The notes under the pieces are model-generated. The model ran no database searches. It worked only from the letters and a program-made list of their open reading frames with translations, and was not told where the DNA came from. From assembly GCF_003790525.1 (NCBI RefSeq), contig NZ_CP033635.1: 64,000 nt of DNA. One strand, 5' to 3'. Positions within the stretch are counted from its first letter, which is position 1; every line of letters begins with the position of its first letter. Of the stretch, positions 41,475 to 53,211 are shown piece by piece. The position numbers were made by a program, and so were the translations under genes. The DNA comes from Escherichia coli (lineage in GTDB: Bacteria; Pseudomonadota; Gammaproteobacteria; Enterobacterales; Enterobacteriaceae).

Positions 41475-44009
41475 TTAATTACTACCAAACATATCCTTGA
41501 TCCAACCGGCTACACCGTCGCTGTCTTTCTGCTCTTGCTGAGCAGGTTGCTGTTGCGGCTGTTGCTGCGGCTGAGAAGACTGATCAAACGGATTGCCTGA
41601 CGGCTGCTGCTGCATCTCACTCTGCTGGCACAGCGATTGCGGATCGCTGGTCCAGACCGGCAAGACACGCATACCACCGCTGCAAACAAAGTTGCCGTCG
41701 TAGTCCACGCCCATATCTGCAATATCTTCCGGCGGAACAAGATTCAGCGGTGTTGGCGTCTGGTTAGCCAGATAACGCTGATAAATCGACATTGCCCCGC
41801 TGGCTCCATACAGTTTGGTCGGTTGGTTGTTATCACGGCCTACCCAGGTGATGGTCACCGTGCTGCCGTCAATGCCCGCAAACCAGGTATCTACGTTATT
41901 GTTGGTAGTTCCTGTTTTCCCTGCCAGATGCAGGTTCGGGTATTTCGCCCCAAGCTGACGCCCCGTACCACGTTGTACCACCTGCTGCATGGTCCATAGT
42001 GTCAGATACGCCGCCTGCGCCGGAACCGCGCGTTCCGCCTGCGGGAAGCTCTGATACAGCACTTTGCCATCTTCCGCAATTACCGAACGCAGCGCAGAAA
42101 GCGGTGCACGGTTACCGCCGCTGGCGATAGTCTGGAATGCCTGCGCCACTTCGATTGGCGTTAAGTTCAACGCCCCCAGCAGCATCGCCGGAACCGGATG
42201 CAGCTGATCTTTCGGCACGCCCAGTTTAATCCAGGTCTCCGTAACCGCAGGCAGCCCCAGCGCCATCCCCAGATTCACCGTCGGCACGTTCATCGAACGG
42301 GTCAACGCATCCACCAGCATCACTCTGCCACTTTCGCTATAACGACGGTCATCGTTCTGCGGTGACCAGACCTGGCCATTCGGCTGACGCAGCGCGATGG
42401 GCGCATCGGCAATCCACGTGTTCAGGCGATAGATTTTCGGCTGGCTTAAGGCAGTCAGATAAGTCGCTGGTTTTGCGAGGGAACCAATCGAACGACGCGC
42501 CTGCATCGCACGGTTGTAGCCCGCAAACTGCGGCTCAGAACCACCGACCATCGCACGAACTTCACCGCTAAAGCGGTCAACAACCACAATCGCGGTTTCA
42601 AGATCGCTCAACTTACGCTGTTTTTTCAGTGCCGGAATGCCTTCCACGGCGGCTTTTTCTGCCGCGTCCTGGGCCACCGAGTCAAAGGTAGTGAAGATCT
42701 TCACGCCGGAGAGATCTTTTACCTTATCGCCTAATTTAGCCTGAAGCTCCTGGCGCACCAGTTGCATAAAGGCTGGCTGAGGAGAGATCACCCCACCGCG
42801 CGGCTGAACACCCAGCGGACGTGCACTCAACATGTCATAGAGTTCTTGATCAATAATCTGTTGCTGTTGCAGCAGACGCAGTACCAGGTTACGTCGCTCC
42901 AGCGCCAGTTTCGGGTTACGCCACGGGTTGTAGATGGACGCCCCTTTCACCATACCCACCAACAGCGCCTGCTGATCGAGGCTCAATTCTTCTACCGGGC
43001 GACCAAAGTAATACAAGCTCGCCAGCGGGAAGCCGCGGATTTCGTTGTCGCCGCTCTGACCGAGATACACCTCGTTCATATACAGCTCAAGAATACGGTC
43101 TTTGCTGTAACGCGCGTCCATGATCAGCGCCATGTAGGCTTCGTTCGCTTTACGCCAGTAAGAACGCTCGCTGGAGAGGAACAGGTTTTTAACCAACTGT
43201 TGCGTCAGCGTACTCGCCCCCTGCACCGTGCGTCCGGCAGTCAGGTTTGCCAGCACCGCACGTCCGATTGAGTAGAGACTGATCCCATCATGCTCGTAGA
43301 AATGACGGTCTTCTGTCGCCAGCAAAGTATCCACCAGCAAATCCGGGAAACCACTGCGCGGCACAAACAGACGCTGCTCACCGTTTGGTGAAGAGATCAT
43401 AGTGATCAGGCGCGGATCAAGACGGAAGAAACCGAACTGACGGTTGTTCTCCATATTGACGATCGTCGCCAGATGATCGCCATCAAAGGTCAGACGTGCA
43501 CGCACCTGCCCTTCTTTACTGTCCGGGAAATCAAACGGACGGCGGATCATCTCAATGCTGTTGGCCTGCACGGTAAATTCGCCAGGACGGGTCATTTTCG
43601 ACACCTGACGATACTGGGTCGCCTCCAGCAGATTCACCATCTCGTTCTTGCTGATGGTCATGTCTGGCTCAAGGTTGACCATCCGGCCATAAACTGCCGC
43701 GGGCAGTTGCCAGACCTTGCCATCAATACGGCTGCGAATTTTTTGATCGAGATAAACGCCGTAAATGGCGATCAGCACGGCAAAAACGATAGCCAGTTTT
43801 AGCAGCAGCCATAGCCAGCCGCGTTTGCCACGAGGCTTACGCCCTTTGCCTTTGCCCTTACCTTTGCGCGGCATCGGTTCTTCATCCTCATAGTCATCAT
43901 AATCGTCGTAATCATCGTCATCTTCGTAACGACGACGGCTTACCTTTTGTTTGACCGGACGCGTCGGTTTCCCTTTGCGTCCAATTGGCTCGCGGTCATT
44001 CCCGGCCAT
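41475..44009 (-). CDS. mrcB: Penicillin-binding protein 1B (bifunctional glycosyltransferase/transpeptidase)
   Basis: ORF track gives 849 aa ([10 protein letters not shown]...); known 844-aa PBP1b begins [15 protein letters not shown]; acidic/basic N-terminal cytoplasmic tail and Q-rich C-terminus present. Confidence 0.93.
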   Translation of the reverse strand: MAGNDREPIGRKGKPTRPVKQKVSRRRYEDDDDYDDYDDYEDEEPMPRKGKGKGKGRKPRGKRGWLWLLLKLAIVFAVLIAIYGVYLDQKIRSRIDGKVWQLPAAVYGRMVNLEPDMTISKNEMVNLLEATQYRQVSKMTRPGEFTVQANSIEMIRRPFDFPDSKEGQVRARLTFDGDHLATIVNMENNRQFGFFRLDPRLITMISSPNGEQRLFVPRSGFPDLLVDTLLATEDRHFYEHDGISLYSIGRAVLANLTAGRTVQGASTLTQQLVKNLFLSSERSYWRKANEAYMALIMDARYSKDRILELYMNEVYLGQSGDNEIRGFPLASLYYFGRPVEELSLDQQALLVGMVKGASIYNPWRNPKLALERRNLVLRLLQQQQIIDQELYDMLSARPLGVQPRGGVISPQPAFMQLVRQELQAKLGDKVKDLSGVKIFTTFDSVAQDAAEKAAVEGIPALKKQRKLSDLETAIVVVDRFSGEVRAMVGGSEPQFAGYNRAMQARRSIGSLAKPATYLTALSQPKIYRLNTWIADAPIALRQPNGQVWSPQNDDRRYSESGRVMLVDALTRSMNVPTVNLGMALGLPAVTETWIKLGVPKDQLHPVPAMLLGALNLTPIEVAQAFQTIASGGNRAPLSALRSVIAEDGKVLYQSFPQAERAVPAQAAYLTLWTMQQVVQRGTGRQLGAKYPNLHLAGKTGTTNNNVDTWFAGIDGSTVTITWVGRDNNQPTKLYGASGAMSIYQRYLANQTPTPLNLVPPEDIADMGVDYDGNFVCSGGMRVLPVWTSDPQSLCQQSEMQQQPSGNPFDQSSQPQQQPQQQPAQQEQKDSDGVAGWIKDMFGSN

Positions 44010-44052
44010 GCTTTTTCTCCGCAATATTCAGGCGCAAAAGCCCGATTTTCTG

Positions 44053-44076
44053 TTCTTCTGTTGCAAGACAGAAGAA
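44053..44076. repeat. 9-bp inverted repeat in the hrpB / mrcB intergenic region
   Basis: TTCTTCTGT-TGCAAG-ACAGAAGAA between the hrpB stop (44103) and the mrcB start (44009). Confidence 0.3.
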
Positions 44077-44102
44077 GATATCTCTCAAATTTACTTTGAT
44101 CT

Positions 44103-46535
44103 TCACGAATACTTTTTCGTTCGTCGCGTTGGTGCGGTGTTTGCCGGGTCGTCCGGCCAGACATGTTTGGGATAACGCCCTTTCATCTCTTTTTGCACCT
44201 CACGGTACGCTCCTTTCCAGAAGGCGCTCAAATCACGCGTGATTTGCAGCGGCCTTTGGGCAGGGGAAAGTAACTCCAGCACCAGCGGCACGCGCCCCTG
44301 GGCGATCGTCGGATTGGTGGCCGCGCCAAACATCTCCTGCATTCTCACCGCCAGCGCGGGCGGGTTATCTTCATGATAACGAATGGCGATCCGGCTTCCC
44401 GTCGGCACAGTGTAATGCGCAGGCAATTCACTATCCAGACGTTGCTGCATTACCCAATCAAGTAATCCACGCAGTGCCTGATAAATATCGAGTGATTTCA
44501 AGCCGCGTAGCGAATGTACGCCTGTCATATGCGGCAGTAGCCACGTTTCCAGCGTCGCCAACAAACTCTCATCATCAACCGCTGGCCAGTCATATTCCGG
44601 CAACCACTTTGCGGCGCATAACAAACGCAAGCGTAGCTGTTCCGCTTCCGCCGTCCAGTTGAGCACGCTTAAACCTTTATCACGAATGCCGTTAAGCATC
44701 GCCTGATGCAACTCGTCTTCCGAGGGTTTCGCCAGTGGCTGCACTTTCACCATCAACTGACCGATTTGCAGCCGACGCCAGGCTTTCAGCGTACCTTGCG
44801 CGTCATCCCACTCCACGGTGTCCGATTGCTGTACCAGCTGCGGGCAGCGTTGTACTAACTCATCAATATCGACCGGTAGCGCCAGTAAAATCCGCGCATC
44901 CGGCGAGGCGCTGCCCTGCAATAATAACGGTGCGATCAACCATTCGTGGCGGCTTAGCGCATCGTCGGCATCGAGCATCGCCCCCATGCCGTTCGCCAGT
45001 TGATAGCGTTCATCTTGCCCACGGCGACGAGCAATGCGATCGGCATACGCTCTGGCAAGTAGCGGCGCGATAAGCGAACTGTCTGCCTCACCGCCGCGTA
45101 CGTTTAAGCGTTTTAACAGTTGCTGACTACGTTGCTGCCAGGCGGGTTGATTGCGCGAAAACGCCACGCCCAGGTCACTATTGCCCATCCGTGGCGGCTC
45201 TTCGAGAATGGCGGCAATTTTTGCCGCGGTAGCAGCTTCGTCGTCGCTCTTCGCGCTCACCAGCATTGCCGCTAAACGCGGATCGTTCCCCAGCGCTGCC
45301 ATTTTTTGCCCTTGCGCACTAAGCCGTTCACCGTCCAGCGCCCCCAGCATCCGTAACAGGCGTTTCGCGGCCAGTAGATTCACCGTTGGCGGTTGATCCA
45401 GCCAGCTCATCTGCGCCGGATCGCTGCATCCCCATTGCAGTAATTCCATCAGCAAACAGGAAAGATCGCTTTGTAATATTTCCGGTTCACTTTGCGCCGC
45501 GGCGCGTTCTGCTTGTTCTTTGGCGATTAAATGCAGGCAGATACCCGGATCCAGACGCCCGGCACGCCCGGCACGCTGCGTCATCGACGCCTGACTAACG
45601 CGTTGAGTAACCAGCCGCGTAAGCCCTGTACGCGGATCAAAACGCGCCACACGTTCCTGAGCACAATCCACCACCAGACGAATACCTTCGATGGTTAAAC
45701 TGGTTTCAGCAATATTGGTCGCCAGCACCACTTTGCGCATCCCTTGCGGTGCCGGGAGGATCGCTTTTCGCTGATCGTTCAGCGACAACGCGCCATACAG
45801 CGGGCAGAGCAACACATCACTGCCGATGCGCGAAGCCAGTTGTTCCTGCACACGCTGAATTTCTCCGACGCCAGGTAAAAATAACAGTAATGATCCGCTT
45901 TCCTGACGCAGCATTTCGGCGGTGGCTACCGCAACGGCTTCGTCAAAACGCTGATGCGCGGGCAGTGGTAAATAACGGCGTTCAACCGGAAACGAGCGCC
46001 CTTCTGAGATGATGACGGGCGCTTCTGGCAGCATTTGCTGCAAGCGGTCGTTGTCCAGCGTAGCCGACATAATCAGCAGTTTAAGGTCATCACGCAGACC
46101 TTGTTGCACATCGAGTAACAGCGCCAACGCCAAATCCGCCTGCAAACTGCGCTCATGAAACTCATCGAGGATCACCAATCCAACACCGCTCAGTTCCGGG
46201 TCACGCTGGATCATGCGCGTCAGCACGCCTTCGGTAACCACTTCCAGGCGGGTATTCGGCCCGACGCAGTTTTGCGCACGCATCCGGTAGCCAACGGTAT
46301 CGCCTGGCTTTTCGTTAAGCAGCTCCGCCAGCCGTTGCGCAACGTTACGCGCCGCCAGACGACGCGGCTCCAGCAGGATAACTTTCCCGTTAATGCCTGG
46401 ATGCGCCAGCAGTTGCAGCGGCAGCCAGGTTGATTTCCCGGCCCCGGTCGGCGCACTTAATAACACCTGCGATGCACCATCGAGGGCAGCAAGTAACTCA
46501 GGTAAGACGGCAGCAACGGGCAACGACGACACAAA
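44103..46535 (-). CDS. hrpB: ATP-dependent RNA helicase HrpB (DEAH box)
   Basis: 824-aa ORF from an upstream ATG; the recognised HrpB N-terminus (SSLPVAAVLPELL...) begins at an internal GTG at 46535. Walker A SAPTGAGKST and DEFH motif present. Start choice is uncertain. Confidence 0.85.
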   Translation of the reverse strand, partial: FVSSLPVAAVLPELLAALDGASQVLLSAPTGAGKSTWLPLQLLAHPGINGKVILLEPRRLAARNVAQRLAELLNEKPGDTVGYRMRAQNCVGPNTRLEVVTEGVLTRMIQRDPELSGVGLVILDEFHERSLQADLALALLLDVQQGLRDDLKLLIMSATLDNDRLQQMLPEAPVIISEGRSFPVERRYLPLPAHQRFDEAVAVATAEMLRQESGSLLLFLPGVGEIQRVQEQLASRIGSDVLLCPLYGALSLNDQRKAILPAPQGMRKVVLATNIAETSLTIEGIRLVVDCAQERVARFDPRTGLTRLVTQRVSQASMTQRAGRAGRLDPGICLHLIAKEQAERAAAQSEPEILQSDLSCLLMELLQWGCSDPAQMSWLDQPPTVNLLAAKRLLRMLGALDGERLSAQGQKMAALGNDPRLAAMLVSAKSDDEAATAAKIAAILEEPPRMGNSDLGVAFSRNQPAWQQRSQQLLKRLNVRGGEADSSLIAPLLARAYADRIARRRGQDERYQLANGMGAMLDADDALSRHEWLIAPLLLQGSASPDARILLALPVDIDELVQRCPQLVQQSDTVEWDDAQGTLKAWRRLQIGQLMVKVQPLAKPSEDELHQAMLNGIRDKGLSVLNWTAEAEQLRLRLLCAAKWLPEYDWPAVDDESLLATLETWLLPHMTGVHSLRGLKSLDIYQALRGLLDWVMQQRLDSELPAHYTVPTGSRIAIRYHEDNPPALAVRMQEMFGAATNPTIAQGRVPLVLELLSPAQRPLQITRDLSAFWKGAYREVQKEMKGRYPKHVWPDDPANTAPTRRTKKYS

Positions 46536-46605
46536 ACGCTCCAGAGGGTTAACATTCTTCGCGCCACATTGTAGCATCGCGGTAATTCATAACCGAGTGC
46601 CTCAC

Positions 46606-47855
<1,250 letters not shown>

Positions 47856-48032
47856 TAGAGTAAGTAACTGGTTAATTTACATTCTGGTCGCGTGCGCAAA
47901 TACGCTTTTCCTCACACAGTTGTCAAGTGTTACGTTTAGATAATTGCTATCCGGAAAAGCATCTGCTATTTATAGCGGCCTCATTTTTCCCCCGAACATG
48001 GGGATCGATAGTGCGTGTTAAGGAGAAGCAAC

Positions 48033-48488
48033 ATGCAAGAAGGGCAAAACCGTAAAACATCGTCCCTGAGTATTCTCGCCATCGCTGGGGTGGAGCCATA
48101 TCAGGAGAAGCCGGGCGAAGAGTATATGAATGAAGCCCAGCTGGCGCACTTCCGTCGTATTCTGGAAGCATGGCGTAATCAACTCAGGGATGAAGTCGAT
48201 CGCACCGTTACACATATGCAGGATGAAGCAGCCAACTTCCCGGACCCGGTAGACCGTGCAGCCCAGGAAGAAGAGTTCAGCCTCGAACTGCGTAACCGCG
48301 ATCGCGAGCGTAAGCTGATCAAAAAGATCGAGAAGACGCTGAAAAAAGTGGAAGACGAAGATTTCGGCTACTGCGAATCCTGCGGTGTTGAAATTGGTAT
48401 TCGCCGTCTGGAAGCGCGCCCGACAGCCGATCTGTGCATCGACTGCAAAACGCTGGCTGAAATTCGCGAAAAACAGATGGCTGGCTAA
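48033..48488 (+). CDS. dksA: RNA polymerase-binding transcription factor DksA
   Basis: Known 151-aa DksA begins [20 protein letters not shown] at ATG 48033 with AGGAG Shine-Dalgarno at 48021..48025; C4 zinc finger ([25 protein letters not shown]). Confidence 0.95.
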   Translation: MQEGQNRKTSSLSILAIAGVEPYQEKPGEEYMNEAQLAHFRRILEAWRNQLRDEVDRTVTHMQDEAANFPDPVDRAAQEEEFSLELRNRDRERKLIKKIEKTLKKVEDEDFGYCESCGVEIGIRRLEARPTADLCIDCKTLAEIREKQMAG

Positions 48489-48516
48489 TTACAGCCGTTC
48501 CATCACGTTTACCACA

Positions 48517-48545
48517 GGCGGGAAATGCTCCCGCCTTATTTTTTG
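48517..48545 (+). terminator. Intrinsic terminator downstream of dksA, immediately upstream of gluQ
   Basis: GGCGGGA-AATGC-TCCCGCC followed by TTATTTTTTG, 29 nt after the dksA stop and 10 nt before the gluQ ATG. Confidence 0.65.
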
Positions 48546-48554
48546 TTCAAAGAG

Positions 48555-49451
48555 ATGACAGACACACACTATATTGGCCGCTTCGCCCCCTCTCCTTCCG
48601 GCGAGCTTCATTTTGGTTCTCTGATTGCCGCGCTTGGCAGCTATTTGCAGGCTCGCGCCCGGCAAGGTCGCTGGCTGGTACGCATAGAAGATATCGACCC
48701 GCCTCGTGAAGTTCCCGGTGCCGCAGAGACTATCCTGCGCCAGCTGGAACATTACGGCCTGCACTGGGACGGCGACGTTCTCTGGCAATCGCAACGTCAC
48801 CACGCCTATCGCGAAGCACTCGCCTGGTTATATGAGCAAGGACTAAGTTATTACTGCACCTGCACGCGTGCGCGTATTCAAAGCATTGGCGGTATTTACG
48901 ACGGTCATTGCCGGGATTTGCATCATGGACCAGACAACGCGGCTGTGCGAATTCGGCAGTTGCATCCGGTCACGCAGTTTACTGATCAACTACGCGGAAT
49001 TATTCACGCCGACGAAAAACTGGCGCAAGAAGATTTTATTATTCATCGTCGTGATGGTTTGTTTGCCTATAACCTGGCGGTGGTGGTCGATGATCACTTC
49101 CAGGGCGTCACAGAAATTGTTCGTGGGGCAGATTTGATTGAACCGACAGTGCGACAAATCTCGCTGTACCAGCTTTTTGGCTGGAAAGTGCCAGATTACA
49201 TTCATTTACCGCTGGCGCTTAACACACAAGGCGCTAAACTTTCCAAGCAGAATCATGCGCCTGCGTTGCCGAAAGGCGATCCGCGCCCGGTGTTAATCGC
49301 GGCACTTCATTTTCTGGGTCAGCAGGTAGAAACACACTGGCAGGATTTCAGCGTCGAGCAAATCCTTCAGTCAGCCGTCAAAAACTGGACGCTGACTGCC
49401 GTGCCTGAGTCGGCAATTGTAAATTCAACATTCTCAAATGCGTCATGCTGA
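48555..49451 (+). CDS. gluQ: Glutamyl-Q tRNA(Asp) synthetase (GluRS paralog YadB)
   Basis: ORF track starts at 48525, but that ATG lies in the loop of the dksA terminator hairpin; the recalled 298-aa GluQ-RS begins [30 protein letters not shown] at 48555. Confidence 0.85.
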   Translation: MTDTHYIGRFAPSPSGELHFGSLIAALGSYLQARARQGRWLVRIEDIDPPREVPGAAETILRQLEHYGLHWDGDVLWQSQRHHAYREALAWLYEQGLSYYCTCTRARIQSIGGIYDGHCRDLHHGPDNAAVRIRQLHPVTQFTDQLRGIIHADEKLAQEDFIIHRRDGLFAYNLAVVVDDHFQGVTEIVRGADLIEPTVRQISLYQLFGWKVPDYIHLPLALNTQGAKLSKQNHAPALPKGDPRPVLIAALHFLGQQVETHWQDFSVEQILQSAVKNWTLTAVPESAIVNSTFSNASC

Positions 49452-49510
49452 GCTATGATTAGCCGCTATTTTTTTGTCCTGAATGATGTTTGACACTACC
49501 GAGGTGTACT

Positions 49511-50908
49511 ATTTTTACCCGAGTCGCTAATTTTTGCCGCAAGGTGCTAAGCCGCGAGGAAAGCGAGGCTGAACAGGCAGTCGCCCGTCCACAGGTGACG
49601 GTGATCCCGCGTGAGCAGCATGCTATTTCCCGCAAAGATATCAGTGAAAATGCCCTGAAGGTAATGTACAGGCTCAATAAAGCGGGATACGAAGCCTGGC
49701 TGGTTGGCGGCGGCGTGCGCGACCTGTTACTTGGCAAAAAGCCGAAAGATTTTGACGTGACCACCAACGCCACGCCAGAGCAGGTGCGCAAACTGTTCCG
49801 TAACTGCCGCCTGGTGGGTCGCCGTTTCCGTCTGGCTCATGTGATGTTTGGCCCGGAGATTATCGAAGTTGCGACCTTCCGTGGACATCACGAAGGTAAC
49901 GTCAGCGATCGCACGACCTCCCAACGCGGGCAAAACGGTATGTTGCTGCGCGACAACATTTTCGGCTCCATCGAAGAAGACGCCCAGCGCCGCGATTTCA
50001 CTATCAACAGCCTGTATTACAGCGTGGCAGATTTTACCGTCCGTGATTACGTTGGCGGCATGAAGGATCTGAAAGACGGCGTTATCCGTCTGATTGGTAA
50101 CCCGGAAACGCGCTACCGTGAAGATCCGGTACGGATGCTTCGCGCGGTTCGTTTTGCCGCCAAATTGGGCATGCGCATCAGCCCGGAAACTGCCGAGCCG
50201 ATCCCACGCCTGGCAACCTTACTGAACGATATCCCACCGGCACGTCTGTTTGAAGAATCGCTGAAACTGTTGCAAGCGGGCTACGGTTACGAAACTTATA
50301 AGCTGCTGTGTGAATATCATCTGTTCCAGCCGCTGTTTCCGACCATTACCCGCTACTTCACGGAAAATGGCGACAGCCCGATGGAGCGGATCATTGAACA
50401 GGTGCTGAAGAATACCGATACGCGTATCCATAACGATATGCGCGTGAACCCGGCGTTCCTGTTTGCCGCCATGTTCTGGTACCCATTGCTGGAGACGGCA
50501 CAGAAGATCGCCCAGGAAAGCGGCCTGACCTATCACGACGCTTTCGCACTGGCGATGAACGACGTGCTGGACGAAGCCTGCCGTTCACTGGCGATCCCGA
50601 AACGTCTGACTACGCTAACTCGCGATATCTGGCAGTTGCAGTTGCGTATGTCCCGTCGTCAGGGAAAACGCGCATGGAAACTGCTGGAGCATCCTAAGTT
50701 CCGTGCGGCATACGACCTGTTGGCCTTACGAGCCGAAGTTGAGCGTAACGCTGAACTGCAACGTCTGGTGAAATGGTGGGGTGAGTTCCAGGTTTCCGCG
50801 CCGCCAGACCAAAAAGGGATGCTTAACGAACTGGATGAAGAACCGTCACCGCGTCGTCGTACTCGTCGTCCACGCAAACGCGCACCGCGTCGTGAGGGTA
50901 CCGCATGA
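49511..50908 (+). CDS. pcnB: Poly(A) polymerase I
   Basis: ORF track begins at TTG 49490; the established PcnB N-terminus ([19 protein letters not shown]...) starts at an AUU codon, here ATT at 49511, giving 465 aa. Start assignment rests on published knowledge, not sequence alone. Confidence 0.85.
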
Positions 50909-51384
50909 CAGTGGCGTATATTGCCATAGGCAGCAATCTGGCCTCTCCGCTGGAGCAGGTCAATGCTGCTCTGAAAGCATTAGGCGATATTCCAGAAAGC
51001 CGCATTCTTGCTGTTTCTTCGTTTTACCGCACCCCACCGCTGGGGCCGCAAGATCAACCCGATTACTTAAATGCAGCCGTCGCGCTGGAAACCACTCTTG
51101 CCCCTGAAGAGCTACTCAATCACACACAACGTATCGAATTGCAGCAAGGTCGCGTCCGTAAAGCTGAACGCTGGGGACCGCGCACGCTGGATCTCGACAT
51201 CATGCTGTTTGGTAATGAAGTAATAAATACCGAACGTCTGACCGTTCCGCACTACGATATGAAAAATCGTGGCTTTATGCTGTGGCCACTGTTTGAAATT
51301 GCGCCGGAGTTAGTGTTTCCTGATGGGGAGACGTTGCGTCAAATCTTACATACAAGAGCATTTGAAAAATTAAGCAAATGGTAA
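50905..51384 (+). CDS. folK: 2-amino-4-hydroxy-6-hydroxymethyldihydropteridine pyrophosphokinase
   Basis: 159-aa [62 protein letters not shown]..., recognised as FolK; overlaps pcnB stop by 4 nt. Confidence 0.93.
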
Positions 51385-51544
51385 TTTATTTATATTACGA
51401 ATATAAATATTTTCTGAAAATCACACCGACTCTCTTTCCTTAATAACGATTTTAGTTTAAAAATTTTTTATAGAAACATAATATAAATTCCCGCTGAGAA
51501 ATATCAATCCCATCGCCATACCCTAACTAATTGCACTTGTGAAC

Positions 51545-51579
51545 TTAAATTTACTTAATCTTGAATTAAGTAAATTTAA
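51545..51579. repeat. Perfect 15-bp inverted repeat in the AT-rich folK / yadN intergenic region
   Basis: TTAAATTTACTTAAT-CTTGA-ATTAAGTAAATTTAA, about 175 nt upstream of the yadN start. Confidence 0.45.
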
Positions 51580-51754
51580 TTTGTTCAAAAGCTTCTAAAG
51601 TGCACAATAGGCAACCTAATGAACAATGGTTGTAAATTTTGGTAACAAACATCATTGCTCATTAATATCTAACATTTGTTTCTTATATTCGTGTCATGAA
51701 TAGTTACTCTTCAAACATGTAGTCTGACTAATGGAATTTTATTCAAGGATTTTT

Positions 51755-52339
51755 ATGTCTAAAAAATTAGGTTTTGCCCTGTCTGGTCTTATGCTGGCAA
51801 TGGTTGCAGGTAATGCTTCTGCTGCACTGGACGGTGGCCAATTAAATATCAGTGGTCTGGTAGTTGATAACACCTGTGAAACCCGTGTTGATGGTGGCAA
51901 CAAAGATGGCCTGGTGCTTCTGCAAACTGCAACTGTTGCTGAAATCAGTGCTGGCGTACTGAATGACACCGTAGGTGCTAAAGCTAAACCTTTCAGCATC
52001 ACCGTTGACTGCAGCAATGCAAACCCGAATCCTGGTAGCACCGCAAAAATGACCTTCGGTTCCGTGTTCTTTGGCAACAGCAAAGGGACTCTGAACAACG
52101 ATATGTCTATTAACACGCCTTCTGACGGCGTAAATATTGCCCTGCACAATATTGATGGTTCCACTATCAAACAGGTTCAAATTAACAACCCAGGCGATAT
52201 TTACACAAAAACGCTGGACGCTACGACTAAATCTGCAACCTATGATTTTAAAGCATCCTATGTCCGTGCTGAAGCAAGCCAGGCACCAACTGCTGGTTAT
52301 GTTAAAACCAACACTGCATATACCATTACTTACCAGTAA
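51755..52339 (+). CDS. yadN: Fimbrial major subunit (Yad fimbriae)
   Basis: Second ATG of the ORF ([23 protein letters not shown] signal peptide) preceded by AAGGA; fimbrin-like with conserved Cys and C-terminal Y-x-I-T-Y-Q. Confidence 0.8.
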   Translation: MSKKLGFALSGLMLAMVAGNASAALDGGQLNISGLVVDNTCETRVDGGNKDGLVLLQTATVAEISAGVLNDTVGAKAKPFSITVDCSNANPNPGSTAKMTFGSVFFGNSKGTLNNDMSINTPSDGVNIALHNIDGSTIKQVQINNPGDIYTKTLDATTKSATYDFKASYVRAEASQAPTAGYVKTNTAYTITYQ

Positions 52340-52436
52340 TCCTTCGTTAGATTCATAAACTGAATATCTATGGGAGTAACTTTCTTAATAGTGGAATGTT
52401 ACTCCCTATTTTAATTAACTCTGTCGGGAATGGTTT

Positions 52437-53177
52437 ATGTTTTTAAACGCTAAACATACTGCAGCTGTATGCTTCGCCACTTGTATGAGCTTAAGCGCAT
52501 CGGCAATAGCAGATATCGTAATTTCAGGAACTCGCGTAATTTATAAAAGTAATGAAAAAAGCGTTAATGTTCGGCTGGAAAATAAGGGGAATAATCCGTT
52601 ACTCGTTCAGAGCTGGCTGGATACTGGCGACGATAGTGCTGAACCAGGGAGTATTACTGTCCCATTTACCGCCACCCCTCCTGTTTCGCGAATTGATGCC
52701 AAACGTGGTCAAACTATTAAATTGATGTACACGGCTTCCTCACCGCTGCCAAAAGACCGAGAAAGTGTTTTCTGGTTTAACGTACTCGAGGTTCCACCCA
52801 AACCTGACGCAGATAAAGTCGCCAACCAGAGTCTTCTGCAATTGGCATTCCGTACGCGTATCAAATTATTTTATCGCCCGGAAGGTTTAAACGGACTGCC
52901 ATCAGATGCACCCGCAGCACTGAAATGGTCATGGGCAACCTCTGCTGGAAAAACTGCATTGCGCGTCGCAAATCCGACACCGTATCACGTCTCATTCAGT
53001 AGTGGTGATTTAGTCGCCAATGGCAAAACCTACCCCCTGGATGTAAAAATGGTAGCCCCGCTGAGTGAAGAAACCTTCGATATAAAAGGCATGAGTGGTA
53101 AAGCAAGTTCTGCCAAAGTGCATTTCTTCGCCATAAATGACTTTGGTGGTGCAATTGAAGGCAATGCCAGCCTGTAA
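52437..53177 (+). CDS. yadV: Periplasmic fimbrial chaperone (PapD-like)
   Basis: 246-aa ORF with signal peptide and PapD-like chaperone N-terminal region (...GTRVIYKSNEKSVNVRLENKGNNPLLVQSW...); synonym ecpD. Confidence 0.85.
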   Translation: MFLNAKHTAAVCFATCMSLSASAIADIVISGTRVIYKSNEKSVNVRLENKGNNPLLVQSWLDTGDDSAEPGSITVPFTATPPVSRIDAKRGQTIKLMYTASSPLPKDRESVFWFNVLEVPPKPDADKVANQSLLQLAFRTRIKLFYRPEGLNGLPSDAPAALKWSWATSAGKTALRVANPTPYHVSFSSGDLVANGKTYPLDVKMVAPLSEETFDIKGMSGKASSAKVHFFAINDFGGAIEGNASL

Positions 53178-53211
53178 CTAAATCAGGAATAAACGCAGCA
53201 GGAAGCACAAC

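Noticed and set aside
42762-43271. 169-aa plus-strand ORF, and other plus-strand ORFs within 41637..43802
   Set aside because: Antisense to mrcB.
51385-51410. AT-only 10-bp palindrome just after folK (TATTTATATT-ACG-AATATAAATA)
   Set aside because: Stem composed only of A/T pairs in an AT-rich region, so unlikely to be a stable terminator; probably compositional.
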